Origin: Promethearchaeota archaeon
Lineage (GTDB): Archaea; Asgardarchaeota; Heimdallarchaeia; Hodarchaeales; Hodarchaeaceae
Direction: 5' to 3'
Assembly (NCBI GenBank): GCA_048938105.1
Contig: JBHLMN010000002.1
Location: forward strand, 1-64,000
DNA: 64,000 nt
Every line of letters begins with the position of its first letter. The first letter of the stretch is position 1. The notes beneath the pieces are model-generated. The model was not told the origin of the DNA. It saw nothing but the letters and a program-made list of their open reading frames with translations, and did no database searches. The position numbers and the translations under genes were made by a program. This document shows positions 1 to 9,375 of this stretch, one piece after another.

Positions 1-2
1 AA

Positions 3-230
3 ACAAAAAGGAGAAATGGTGACGTTATTGCCGTAAAAAGTGTTGCAAGCACAGATTATTTAATGCTAGTTGCGAGTGATGGGAAATTAATTCAGATGCC
101 AATCAAAGACATTAGAACTATTGGGAGATCTACATCTGGTGTGACTTTGATGAGGCTAGACAAAGATAAAGGTGTTACGATCACTTCTATTGCTATTCTT
201 ACAGAAGAAAAAAATGGTGGAAATGAATAA
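3..230 (+). CDS. gyrA: DNA gyrase subunit A, C-terminal fragment (5' end outside window)
   Basis: Hand translation of frame 3: TKRRNGDVIAVKSVASTDYLMLVASDGKLIQMPIKDIRTIGRSTSGVTLMRLDKDKG...NE*. This matches a GyrA beta-pinwheel blade (I..IGR.T.GV.LMRL). The TAA overlaps the top6B ATG (TAATG). Confidence 0.85.
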   Translation, partial: TKRRNGDVIAVKSVASTDYLMLVASDGKLIQMPIKDIRTIGRSTSGVTLMRLDKDKGVTITSIAILTEEKNGGNE

Positions 231-3200
231 TGACTAAGGCTGCCAAAACCCACGAAGCTGCTAAAGAGAAAGTCGTACGTAGATCTGCAGCTGATTTTTT
301 TCAAGATAATAAAGCTATTGCTGGTTTTGATAACACCATGCGGGTTGTTTTCACCAGCGTACGAGAATTGGTAGAGAACGGATTAGATGCAGCTGAAAGA
401 ATTGGGAACTTACCAGAAATCCATGTTAAAATTCAGCGATTGGAAAAAGAAGAAATCGCTAAATTATTAAACATTAGTTCTTTTGAATCGGTAGAGAAAC
501 TTGATTTCCTTCGATTGACAATTAAGGATAATGGGAGTGGGGTTCAAAGCGAATTCGTACCACCATTATTTGGAAGAGTATTAACAGGAAGCAATTATGG
601 AGCTCGCCAATCACGAGGTCGGTTTGGCCTCGGCGCTAAAATGGTTTTACTAAATGCCATGTCATCTGTAGATCTCCCTCTCATAATAAAATCAAAGCAT
701 CTAAATGAAGATTTTACAAGCTATCATGAGTTAATGATAAATTTAGCTAAAAATGAGCCTATAATATTAAATAGAAGAGAAATTCCTCAAGGAACCGCAG
801 AAGCAATTAAAGATTCAGGAACAGAAGTAAGTGTGACTTTTACGGGTTCTTGGGCTCTCGCGTCCCGATGGGTGAGGGAATATTTCTCCCAATTAAGTCT
901 TATAACACCTTATGCTAGTATCTATGTTCAATATCCTGATGATGAAGAACCAATAGTAATGGAACGTGTCGTTGAGGAAATGCCCCCATATCCCCAGATA
1001 GCTAAAGTACATCCTTGGGGAACGGATATAACTCAATTTAAACGGGAAATAGCAGTTACAAGAAGTGAGAATATGGAGGAATTTCTCCAAGACCACTTTC
1101 AAGGTGTTGGGCCTAAAACAGCACAAGAATTTTTAGATTTTGTTAAGATAGATCGAAATAAAAACCCCAACAATCTTTCCGCAAGCGATATACGTCGAAT
1201 AGTCCACGAAGGGTTTGTGATGCCTGACTCAGACCCAAAAAAACGTCGTGAACAGAAATATTTTCCTTTCAGAAGGCCAAGCGGTGAGTCTCTTTCCCCC
1301 TTAGGTTGGGAATTACTAGCTAAGGGTATTGAGAAAGAGCTAGCACCTCAGTTTGTTCGTGCAGCAGCAGGTGATATTTCAGCATATTCTGGACATCCTT
1401 TCATTGTAGAGGCAGCCCTAGCTTATGGAGGCCCAATGCTTTCCAGTGAATCAGGCAGCCCCAAAATTTATCGTTTTGCAAATCGTATTCCATTATTATT
1501 TGGTGCTGGAAATGACATTATTTCTAAATGCGTCCAGAAAATGAAATGGAAGAATTATAAGATCAAAATTAACAAATCCCCCATCGCTATTGTTGTTTCT
1601 ATTGTTTCCTCAAAGATTCCTTTTCCAGAGACGAGTAAAGAATATATTGCTGATGTTGATGAGCTTCGAAAGGAAATAATTCGCGTATTGAAGAAATTAG
1701 CTCGTGGTTTAAGTCAGCACTTAGGCCGAGCGGAGCGAGAACGTAGAGAGAAACAAAGACAATCACGGTTTGAGAGTGCTGCCCCAAAAGTTCTTCGCAA
1801 CTTATCAAAAGTGTTAGATGTAGCAGAGACCCCTTTTCTATTACACTCTACTGAGGAGATATCAAAGCTCGAAAAAGCATTGGCTTCTGCAGTACCAAGA
1901 TTAGTTCGTCGCACTTTTCCCCCTAGCCCTTTAATTTCAAGTATTGGGGAGTGGCTGCCAATGCAAACTTATGTAACTCTCGTTGAGCATAATATTCAAA
2001 CAATCTATCAGTTCCTAAGAGCTCCTGCATTGGAATTAAGTAATATTACTGGATTGTCGCTAGAACGAATAGCAGAGATAAAACGTGCGACAGTGACTAG
2101 TCAAGAAAGGGCAAATAAGGCCCCCTCAATGCGTGAGTTTGAAATTTTCTCCAAATCGATAGAGGATGATTTTATTAAATATCGAAATACTCTACGTATT
2201 CATAAAGCGTTAAATAAACGATGGATTGTATCGTCTCTAGATTTTTTTGCCACCCCCATTTCACAACTACGGTTAGTAGAGAGTTTTCCTGAAAAATTGA
2301 TTTATGAGGCAAAACAACAAGCAATACATGAGCATCTAGCAAAAAATCCAGGAAAAACTTACACTTTAAGATTATTTCCTTGGATAACTGATAAAGTGGA
2401 GAAAAGTCTGAAATCAGAAAAGATTCATAATATTTTGGATTATATGATTGCATTCCCAGAAAAAATTTCTAAAATTACAAATTTATCAGTTCTATTACTT
2501 GAAAGCGTTAAAAAAGAAATCAAAAATGGAATAAAAGAAGGATATATTGATGCAGAGAAAGTAATTGGTGCTGCAACCTTTGATTGGATGGATTATCGTG
2601 TCACACCACGTTTAAGAGGAAGAAATATTTCAAAAATCAATGAATTTTTACAAACTCCAACTGAGAAATTGGCTGATATACCAGAATTAGTAGAAAATCT
2701 GATACTGCGCTCGAAAAAAGGTCAAGACGAAGAGATTAAGGAGTTAAATAAAGAGAGCGCATACTTGAAAGTTGCTGCTCTTCAAGAAGCAATGATACCA
2801 GATTTGGATCGTCTTGAAATTAAAGGATTTATTGACTTTCTGTTAACAAATGAAAAAGACTTACAAATTATTCGTGATTTTGTACCTCATCTTATTTCCA
2901 TGAAACAAGACGAAATTCTAGAGCAAATTGAGCAAGAACATGAAATATCTCCCACAAAAGCTGCCTGGTGGCTTGATCTAGAGTTAGAAGGTCAATTGAA
3001 GGATCAAGGAATTCAAACAGTATATGATTTCATACGCTATCCATCAATGAGCCTTTTGAAGCTAAAGAATATGGACCCTCAGATCCTAGAAACAATTAAA
3101 AGAACCTATGGAACACCTATCCCTCTTTTGACCCCAGAAGAGCGTAATAAGCTAGATTCTCAGCATATCCTCTGTCTAGAAGAATTACAGGAGACTTTAT

Positions 3201-6200
3201 CAGAGTATACATTGAAACCCAAGACATTTCATGATAGGATAGAGGAACTACTTGATCTCTTAAATGTCCCCATTTGTTTTCTTCCTATTCCAAGTAAATA
3301 TTATCGAACACTTCATAACTTAGGAGTTTCACGAGTTATTGATTTTCTAATCTGGCCTGATGCTGATTTACATCGAAAAACGGGTATGTCTTATAAGCTC
3401 ATTGAAAAAACAAAAAGTAAAATTTCCCCCGATGAAATTAAAGCTCTTATTGATTCTAAAAGCCTTCCTGTCTCTGTGTTGGCAAGTAATTTGGACAGTA
3501 AATCTTCGGAAAAGTTGCTTCAGTCAGATCTCAGTCTTCAGGAAATTTATTACAATCTTCCCTATTCAAATAATATAATAGAAAAGATCAATCTTTCTAA
3601 TCGCGATATAACACAACTGGATGCACTTTTTCACACCCCAATTTCACAATTCCCTCAGATCAAACCTAGATGGGTTGCTAGCCTCCATAGTAAAAATGTG
3701 AACTCCTTTATTGATTTGATTAGTTGGTCAAGATCAGGTATTGCAAAAATAATTGGTCGAGACGAAAGTTTTGTTGATAATATGTTATCTAATTTCTCTA
3801 AATTCAATCCTGGTATGCCACTTGTTGATCTGGGTGTTTTATCTGCCACGGAAATGAAATCCTTAATTGCTAAAGGATACCCAACTGTTGAAAACATATA
3901 CTTCTATGCACGAAAAGATACTTTTGGGGTAATGGGTGTGAGGTGGAAGACAATTGAAAGGTATCAACGGATCCTTGAAACTCCAGTGGCAATGCTTCAG
4001 TTACGAAGTAGTTCTGATAAGTCATCAATTCATATCTCTCATGAAGGTCTTGAAAAATTAGCCAGTAGTGGAATTGATCAAATAATCAAACTGATCTATT
4101 GGCCTCCTAATGAGTTGAAATCAATACTTCCAATGTCTTTAAAACGTATTGAAGAGTTGAAACAGTCTGTAGCGATAAAAGAACATGGGATGCCATTAGA
4201 AAACGTTTGTGGATACAATCGTAAAACAATCTCAACATTATTAGGTTATGGTATTGAAACTGTAGAAGATCTTTATTTTACAGCCTCAGAAGATATGCTA
4301 GATGAGGATGATGAGCTTGATTGGAGCTATGTAGAGAAAGCAATCTCGGCACTTGAACTTCCAATAACCTTCCTTAATGGAGTAATTGCAGCCAAATACA
4401 TTGATAATTTAATTAAAAAAAGGATTGACACTATTATTCGATTCTTAATAACATCTGAAGAAGAACTTTCTGAAATTCTAAAAACACCCGCCGAGAATGT
4501 TGATAATTTAAGAAAGAAGATAAATCTTGTCCAGTTGCGTGAATCGACAGAAACCTCAGTATCAATTCTTGAAGGTCTCCCTCGAAAACAGCTGCAATTA
4601 TTAGCTGATGAGCAGATTTTAACTATTTTTGACTTTTTGACAACCCCAGATGATCAGATCGCTAATATTCTAGATCTCGATCTTAAACAAGTGATCACAA
4701 TGAAAGAAGAGATTAATTACACTAACATTAAGGCAATTAAAGAGGAGAAGATGGTTCCTTTAGCCCGAGTTTCTCTTTTCGATAGAAATACCATTAGAAA
4801 ACTTGCTCGTTTGGGAATAGAGAGTCTAGCAGATTTATACTATGTTGCTACACCTAAGACCTTTGTTGATAGCGATATAGATTGGCAAGAAATAATAGAT
4901 GCAAAAACTGTTCTAGATATGCCAATAGAGATCAATCCAGTTTCTACACAAGAAGAAAATGACATTTTGCGAAAAGAGAAAATTAGAACGGTTTTAGATT
5001 TAATGATGGAGTCTCAAGATGAACTCGAGGCTCGAACAAAGTTGCCATCAGCTAGAATAAAGGCTATTCAAGATTCAATTAATATCAATGCAATTTTAAC
5101 CTTCTTAAAACGATTATCAATTGATAGACTTGATTTTCCTCAAAAATATCTCACTATTTTACATCAAGCGGAAATAAAAACTGTTTTTGATCTTCTAACT
5201 AACCCCAGTGAGGGCATATTTCTTAAAAAAGAAGGAGATAAGAAAGTACGTATTGATAGAGACAGATGGATACGATTATTCTCTATTATGGCTATACCCC
5301 TCGGTTTGGTACTAGGCCCCGATCGTGAAAGTGTCAAAAAACTGAAACAAAAACGAATTGAGACATTACAAGACGTGTACTCCACTTCATCGGAACGAAT
5401 TGAAGCAATACTTGAAAGTGATCCTGTTGAATTATATACTAAATTAGATTCCATTAGTTTTCTTGAAATAGCTCAATTTTTAGCAATTCCAATTTGCTTT
5501 ATTCCTAAAATTTCTTTGGATTGGATTCATATACTCCAAAAACATTCACTTAAGCGTATTGGAGAACTCTTTGACAAAAGTATTAGAGAACTCGCTGAAA
5601 AATTAGGTACTACATCACCCAAAGTTCGGGGATTAGTTACAGGAATCAAAATGCCAGAAGTCATAAAGTGTTTAGAAGATGAGATGATTTCATTACATAA
5701 TTTCTCAGATATACTTCCATCTAAAGTTATTTCTGAATTAGAAGATAAGAATATTACTTCTATACAAGAATTAATCCTACATGATGGAAAAGAATTTGAC
5801 AATGACGAAATAGAGATGATTTATGAAATTCTTGGAGCTCCCATTAATAGATTATCTGAAGAGCTTCCCTTGAATGATTTACGGAAATTATCACAGAACG
5901 GAGTGACAACTCTTTCTGACTGGTATTTCACTCCAAATAATGCTTTAGCTAAATTAATAGGAATGGATCCATCTGAAATAATTAACCTTAAGAAAAAATA
6001 CGATTTCCAAGCTACTGGAGAAATTACCGAAGCTGATACTCCTCTTCAAACTTATGTTGAATCGGGGTATATTGATTTAGCGGAAGTTGAAAAACACGGA
6101 ATTCAAGTGTTAGAAGACTTATTATTTGTTGATTTGGAAACGATCCCAGTTTCTGATCAATTGAAATCTCGATTGGCTAATTTAAAGGATGCTCTTAACT

Positions 6201-7165
6201 CATCTTTGGCTTATTATGCTTTACTCCCTCCTCAATACGTTACTCCGTTAGCATTCAATGGTATAACATCTGTTACCCAACTGATCAAGACTGATTTTTC
6301 CCAATTAGAAGATCCTATGGGTATTATTTCAGAAGAAGAATATCGTACAGCAAAAAAATCAATAAATTTAGTAGATATCATTACTCATAAAAAAACTGAC
6401 ACAGAATTTCGCGTGAAATTATCATCTCTTCGAGCGTTTACTCCAAAGCAGTTAGACCAAATTCATAAACTTGGGATTGATAACATTGTTGACTTGTACT
6501 TCCGGTTAGATACAGAAAGATTATCAAAATCACTTGTTAAACCTGTTGAAACCGTGAAACGGGTTCTTGAAAAACCTGTTGCCATATTGCCCAATGTACA
6601 GGAAAACTTTCCGCAGAAGATCGCCTTATTATATAATGCAGGGATCACTTCAACGATTGAGTTTATATTTTGGCCTAAAGACGACTTAGCAGAATTACTT
6701 GAAATAAAACGGTATGAGATATCAAAATACCGAAAAATTAATCTTGGTTCTTTGAAACGAAAAAAGAATTTGGGGACACCTATCGAGAATTTTGTTAGGA
6801 TCCCTGAAGAATATATTACTTCCTTACAGGATATTGGAATTGATAATATTGAAGATCTCTACTTCCATCTTAAGAGATATAACTTTATTCCTGAAGAGGT
6901 TGTCCCCAAAAAGTTGATAAATGCGTGTATTCAAGATTTGGAGAATCCAATTGTACGATTAGCTGGATTACCTATTCCAATTGCTCAAGAGCTGGTTAAA
7001 AGAGGAATTTCACGGATTATAGATTTCCTCTACTGGCCAGAAGATGATTTGAAGCAAATTTATGGATTATCAGCAGCTAAAATCAAGCAAATTAAGGCTA
7101 ATGTAAGACTTAGGAGAAAAGCAGACGTTGTTGGACGATTGGATGCATATATGTCAAAAGAATAG
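230..7165 (+). CDS. top6B: DNA topoisomerase VI subunit B with a very long C-terminal HhH-like repeat extension (2311 aa)
   Basis: GHKL motifs RELVENGLDA, DNGSG, QSRGRFGLG and SGTEV; H2TH FQGVGPKTA; transducer RFANRIPLLF and IPFPETSKEYIA in the first ~550 aa. About 1750 aa of repeats follow. Lies directly upstream of top6A. Confidence 0.93.
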   Translation: MTKAAKTHEAAKEKVVRRSAADFFQDNKAIAGFDNTMRVVFTSVRELVENGLDAAERIGNLPEIHVKIQRLEKEEIAKLLNISSFESVEKLDFLRLTIKDNGSGVQSEFVPPLFGRVLTGSNYGARQSRGRFGLGAKMVLLNAMSSVDLPLIIKSKHLNEDFTSYHELMINLAKNEPIILNRREIPQGTAEAIKDSGTEVSVTFTGSWALASRWVREYFSQLSLITPYASIYVQYPDDEEPIVMERVVEEMPPYPQIAKVHPWGTDITQFKREIAVTRSENMEEFLQDHFQGVGPKTAQEFLDFVKIDRNKNPNNLSASDIRRIVHEGFVMPDSDPKKRREQKYFPFRRPSGESLSPLGWELLAKGIEKELAPQFVRAAAGDISAYSGHPFIVEAALAYGGPMLSSESGSPKIYRFANRIPLLFGAGNDIISKCVQKMKWKNYKIKINKSPIAIVVSIVSSKIPFPETSKEYIADVDELRKEIIRVLKKLARGLSQHLGRAERERREKQRQSRFESAAPKVLRNLSKVLDVAETPFLLHSTEEISKLEKALASAVPRLVRRTFPPSPLISSIGEWLPMQTYVTLVEHNIQTIYQFLRAPALELSNITGLSLERIAEIKRATVTSQERANKAPSMREFEIFSKSIEDDFIKYRNTLRIHKALNKRWIVSSLDFFATPISQLRLVESFPEKLIYEAKQQAIHEHLAKNPGKTYTLRLFPWITDKVEKSLKSEKIHNILDYMIAFPEKISKITNLSVLLLESVKKEIKNGIKEGYIDAEKVIGAATFDWMDYRVTPRLRGRNISKINEFLQTPTEKLADIPELVENLILRSKKGQDEEIKELNKESAYLKVAALQEAMIPDLDRLEIKGFIDFLLTNEKDLQIIRDFVPHLISMKQDEILEQIEQEHEISPTKAAWWLDLELEGQLKDQGIQTVYDFIRYPSMSLLKLKNMDPQILETIKRTYGTPIPLLTPEERNKLDSQHILCLEELQETLSEYTLKPKTFHDRIEELLDLLNVPICFLPIPSKYYRTLHNLGVSRVIDFLIWPDADLHRKTGMSYKLIEKTKSKISPDEIKALIDSKSLPVSVLASNLDSKSSEKLLQSDLSLQEIYYNLPYSNNIIEKINLSNRDITQLDALFHTPISQFPQIKPRWVASLHSKNVNSFIDLISWSRSGIAKIIGRDESFVDNMLSNFSKFNPGMPLVDLGVLSATEMKSLIAKGYPTVENIYFYARKDTFGVMGVRWKTIERYQRILETPVAMLQLRSSSDKSSIHISHEGLEKLASSGIDQIIKLIYWPPNELKSILPMSLKRIEELKQSVAIKEHGMPLENVCGYNRKTISTLLGYGIETVEDLYFTASEDMLDEDDELDWSYVEKAISALELPITFLNGVIAAKYIDNLIKKRIDTIIRFLITSEEELSEILKTPAENVDNLRKKINLVQLRESTETSVSILEGLPRKQLQLLADEQILTIFDFLTTPDDQIANILDLDLKQVITMKEEINYTNIKAIKEEKMVPLARVSLFDRNTIRKLARLGIESLADLYYVATPKTFVDSDIDWQEIIDAKTVLDMPIEINPVSTQEENDILRKEKIRTVLDLMMESQDELEARTKLPSARIKAIQDSININAILTFLKRLSIDRLDFPQKYLTILHQAEIKTVFDLLTNPSEGIFLKKEGDKKVRIDRDRWIRLFSIMAIPLGLVLGPDRESVKKLKQKRIETLQDVYSTSSERIEAILESDPVELYTKLDSISFLEIAQFLAIPICFIPKISLDWIHILQKHSLKRIGELFDKSIRELAEKLGTTSPKVRGLVTGIKMPEVIKCLEDEMISLHNFSDILPSKVISELEDKNITSIQELILHDGKEFDNDEIEMIYEILGAPINRLSEELPLNDLRKLSQNGVTTLSDWYFTPNNALAKLIGMDPSEIINLKKKYDFQATGEITEADTPLQTYVESGYIDLAEVEKHGIQVLEDLLFVDLETIPVSDQLKSRLANLKDALNSSLAYYALLPPQYVTPLAFNGITSVTQLIKTDFSQLEDPMGIISEEEYRTAKKSINLVDIITHKKTDTEFRVKLSSLRAFTPKQLDQIHKLGIDNIVDLYFRLDTERLSKSLVKPVETVKRVLEKPVAILPNVQENFPQKIALLYNAGITSTIEFIFWPKDDLAELLEIKRYEISKYRKINLGSLKRKKNLGTPIENFVRIPEEYITSLQDIGIDNIEDLYFHLKRYNFIPEEVVPKKLINACIQDLENPIVRLAGLPIPIAQELVKRGISRIIDFLYWPEDDLKQIYGLSAAKIKQIKANVRLRRKADVVGRLDAYMSKE
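1925..7110 (+). repeat. Protein-level tandem array of ~28 degenerate HhH-like (RNAP alpha-CTD / RadA-NTD-like) units inside top6B
   Basis: Recurrent P-h-x2-L...L-x3-G-I-x-T/S-h-x-D-h-h...L-x2-h-x-G-h pattern, e.g. PICFLPIPSKYYRTLHNLGVSRVIDFLIWPDADLHRKTGMSYKLIEK and PIVRLAGLPIPIAQELVKRGISRIIDFLYWPEDDLKQIYGLSAAKIKQIK. The units are diverged at the DNA level. Confidence 0.8.
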
Positions 7166-7177
7166 GATGAATTATTC

Positions 7178-8590
7178 GTGTCTGAAAAACAATCAATAAA
7201 AGCCACAATTGAGGATTATTCTTTCACTAATAAGGTCATTGAAGCTGATATAGAAAAAGATGGATCGCTTAATGCCATAAGAATATTCGTAAAAAAAGAA
7301 CTAGGGTTAAAAGCAAAACAACCTTTCCTAATTTTCTTTGGCCCAAAGAAAGCGAAGCGTTTTGAAGAGCTTAAAAAAACGAATCTTAACTCATTATGGC
7401 AGCTAGCAAAATCAGAGGAGGTTGTACTACAAATCCGACGGAAGGTCGATCTTTCGAAAGTACGAGAGTTACGAAAAATGATGACATTGGATGAAGTCGA
7501 TTTACCAGTGTCCGTTCTTAAGGTGGATAATGTAGTTCCTGAGGAAACAAAAAAACGATTACAGACAGTCGCGAGAGATTTTTTAGAGGAAATAGCTGAA
7601 GACCCCAAAGGAGCAGCGTTTCGTATACCATCCCGAAGTTCCGAAAATGTCGGATATGATGATAATTCTAAAATGGTACTTCTTGGTAGTCATGTTGTCG
7701 ATAAGCAGTTTCGTCACCTTAGTAGCGTTAAGAGTGTGGTTCAATTAACTGGATTAATGCGATATGTGAGCGAAATTTTAGAAACTGACAAACATGCTAC
7801 AAAACGGCACTTATTTTACCGGGATGTCAACTTATTCGATAATCAACGAGTATCAGATGGATTAATTGAAGACCTGGGGGCATTATTACGTGTTTCTCGA
7901 AATTCATTAAATGTAATTGCTTCAGCTAAAGGAAAAGTAATTGGTAGAATGTCATTTACAGAAGGAGGGGATCTAATAGATTGTACTCAAGGATTGGGAG
8001 GGCATGCTATTACCCCCATGCTAGATCAGGTTGATAATATTGAGAGCGATGCTGAATTTGTACTTGTCATTGAGAAGGATGCGGTTTTCCAAGACTTAGC
8101 AGAAGATAAATTCTTCAATTACTTACCCTGTATCCTAATAACAGCATCAGGTCAACCAGATATGGCTACACGAATGTTTATCAAGAAAATTCACGAAGAG
8201 TTAAGCATTCCAATTTTGGGATTCCTAGATGCCGATCCTTATGGTTTGGATATTCTTAGAGTATATTCAATTGGCAGTAAAGCCTTAAGTTTTGAGAGCG
8301 TGGAGTTAGCTGTTCCAGACATTCGATGGTTAGGATTATTACCTTCGGATATCAAGGAATATTCTATACCCAAATCTGTTCTTATTAAAATGACAGAAAA
8401 TGACATGAAACGAGCAGAGGATCTACTTCAGGAAGATTTTGTGAAGTCTCGCCCCGAATGGGAAAGACAAATCAGAATAATGACCGAAACAGGAAAGAAA
8501 GCAGAGATACAAGCACTTGCGGGGAAAAATTGGCGATTTATGACTGGAACATATCTTCCAACAAAAATAGACTCTGCAGATTGGGTTTGA
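7178..8590 (+). CDS. top6A: DNA topoisomerase VI subunit A (Spo11 family) with a ~115-aa N-terminal extension
   Basis: Catalytic-Tyr region TKRHLFYRD; TOPRIM motifs VLVIEKDAVF, GQPDMATR and DADPYG; C-terminal KAEIQAL. GTG start. Confidence 0.95.
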   Translation: MSEKQSIKATIEDYSFTNKVIEADIEKDGSLNAIRIFVKKELGLKAKQPFLIFFGPKKAKRFEELKKTNLNSLWQLAKSEEVVLQIRRKVDLSKVRELRKMMTLDEVDLPVSVLKVDNVVPEETKKRLQTVARDFLEEIAEDPKGAAFRIPSRSSENVGYDDNSKMVLLGSHVVDKQFRHLSSVKSVVQLTGLMRYVSEILETDKHATKRHLFYRDVNLFDNQRVSDGLIEDLGALLRVSRNSLNVIASAKGKVIGRMSFTEGGDLIDCTQGLGGHAITPMLDQVDNIESDAEFVLVIEKDAVFQDLAEDKFFNYLPCILITASGQPDMATRMFIKKIHEELSIPILGFLDADPYGLDILRVYSIGSKALSFESVELAVPDIRWLGLLPSDIKEYSIPKSVLIKMTENDMKRAEDLLQEDFVKSRPEWERQIRIMTETGKKAEIQALAGKNWRFMTGTYLPTKIDSADWV

Positions 8591-8681
8591 TGCTAGAATA
8601 ATTATTCATTTGAAAGATCTATTTAAGATCTTGAAATGAAAGATTTTATAATTTTACTTCTGCAGAATCAATTTCAAGACA

Positions 8682-9350
8682 ATGTCCCAAATCTCATTTT
8701 TTTTATTTCCTGAATATAAGAACCAAATTTCATCTGGGGCATTGCAAAAAAGTCTCAACTTGGTTGAAAGCATTATTGCATTTTCTAAAGGTAAAAATTT
8801 GAGTGATAAAGCCATAGGGCAAATAAGCAAAAAATTAGGTTCTCGAATGAGAGGAACAAAACTGTACCCAGGAGGTAGTAGTGTTCTATTTGGTTGGAGT
8901 TTTTCTTTTGACAAAATTGGTTCAATAATTATAAAGCCATATTATAATCGCGAAATTTCAGCTTTAATCATTCATTACTTAACCAGGCAGGATTTTGTTA
9001 ATGAATTTCAAAATCTGCAATTTCAGTTGGAAAACGAAGAAATTCAAATTATAATCCCTAAAGTTGTCGGATTAGCCCATATAAAAACTTTTTCAAGGTT
9101 TTATCCCGTGTTAATGACCACCGAGGCTCCTGGAGAGCCTGCTCAGATGCATCCCTCTTTAATTAAGCATATCAGTGGGCTCGCGCGCGATTTAGCTCAG
9201 AAAGGGATCATATGCGATCCATATCCCTCAAATTGGAAGATTTCCTTCATTAATGGTGAGAGAATCATACAATACATTGACCTTTTGAGCTCCAACAAGC
9301 TCAAAAATGTACATAGTAGGATTGCAGATCTTCTAAAAGATTTTGATTAG
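8682..9350 (+). CDS. Hypothetical protein, possible atypical protein-kinase-like fold
   Basis: 222-aa ORF with a Gly loop (PGGSSVLF), a beta3-like IIIKP, a catalytic-loop-like ICDPYPSNW and a DFG-like YIDL. Confidence 0.5.
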   Translation: MSQISFFLFPEYKNQISSGALQKSLNLVESIIAFSKGKNLSDKAIGQISKKLGSRMRGTKLYPGGSSVLFGWSFSFDKIGSIIIKPYYNREISALIIHYLTRQDFVNEFQNLQFQLENEEIQIIIPKVVGLAHIKTFSRFYPVLMTTEAPGEPAQMHPSLIKHISGLARDLAQKGIICDPYPSNWKISFINGERIIQYIDLLSSNKLKNVHSRIADLLKDFD

Positions 9351-9375
9351 CTTATTAGTTATTTTATAGAGGATT

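Noticed and set aside
92-304. 70-aa minus-strand ORF, and the many other short ORFs nested in long genes
   Set aside because: They are antisense or out-of-frame shadows of well-supported genes and carry no motifs.
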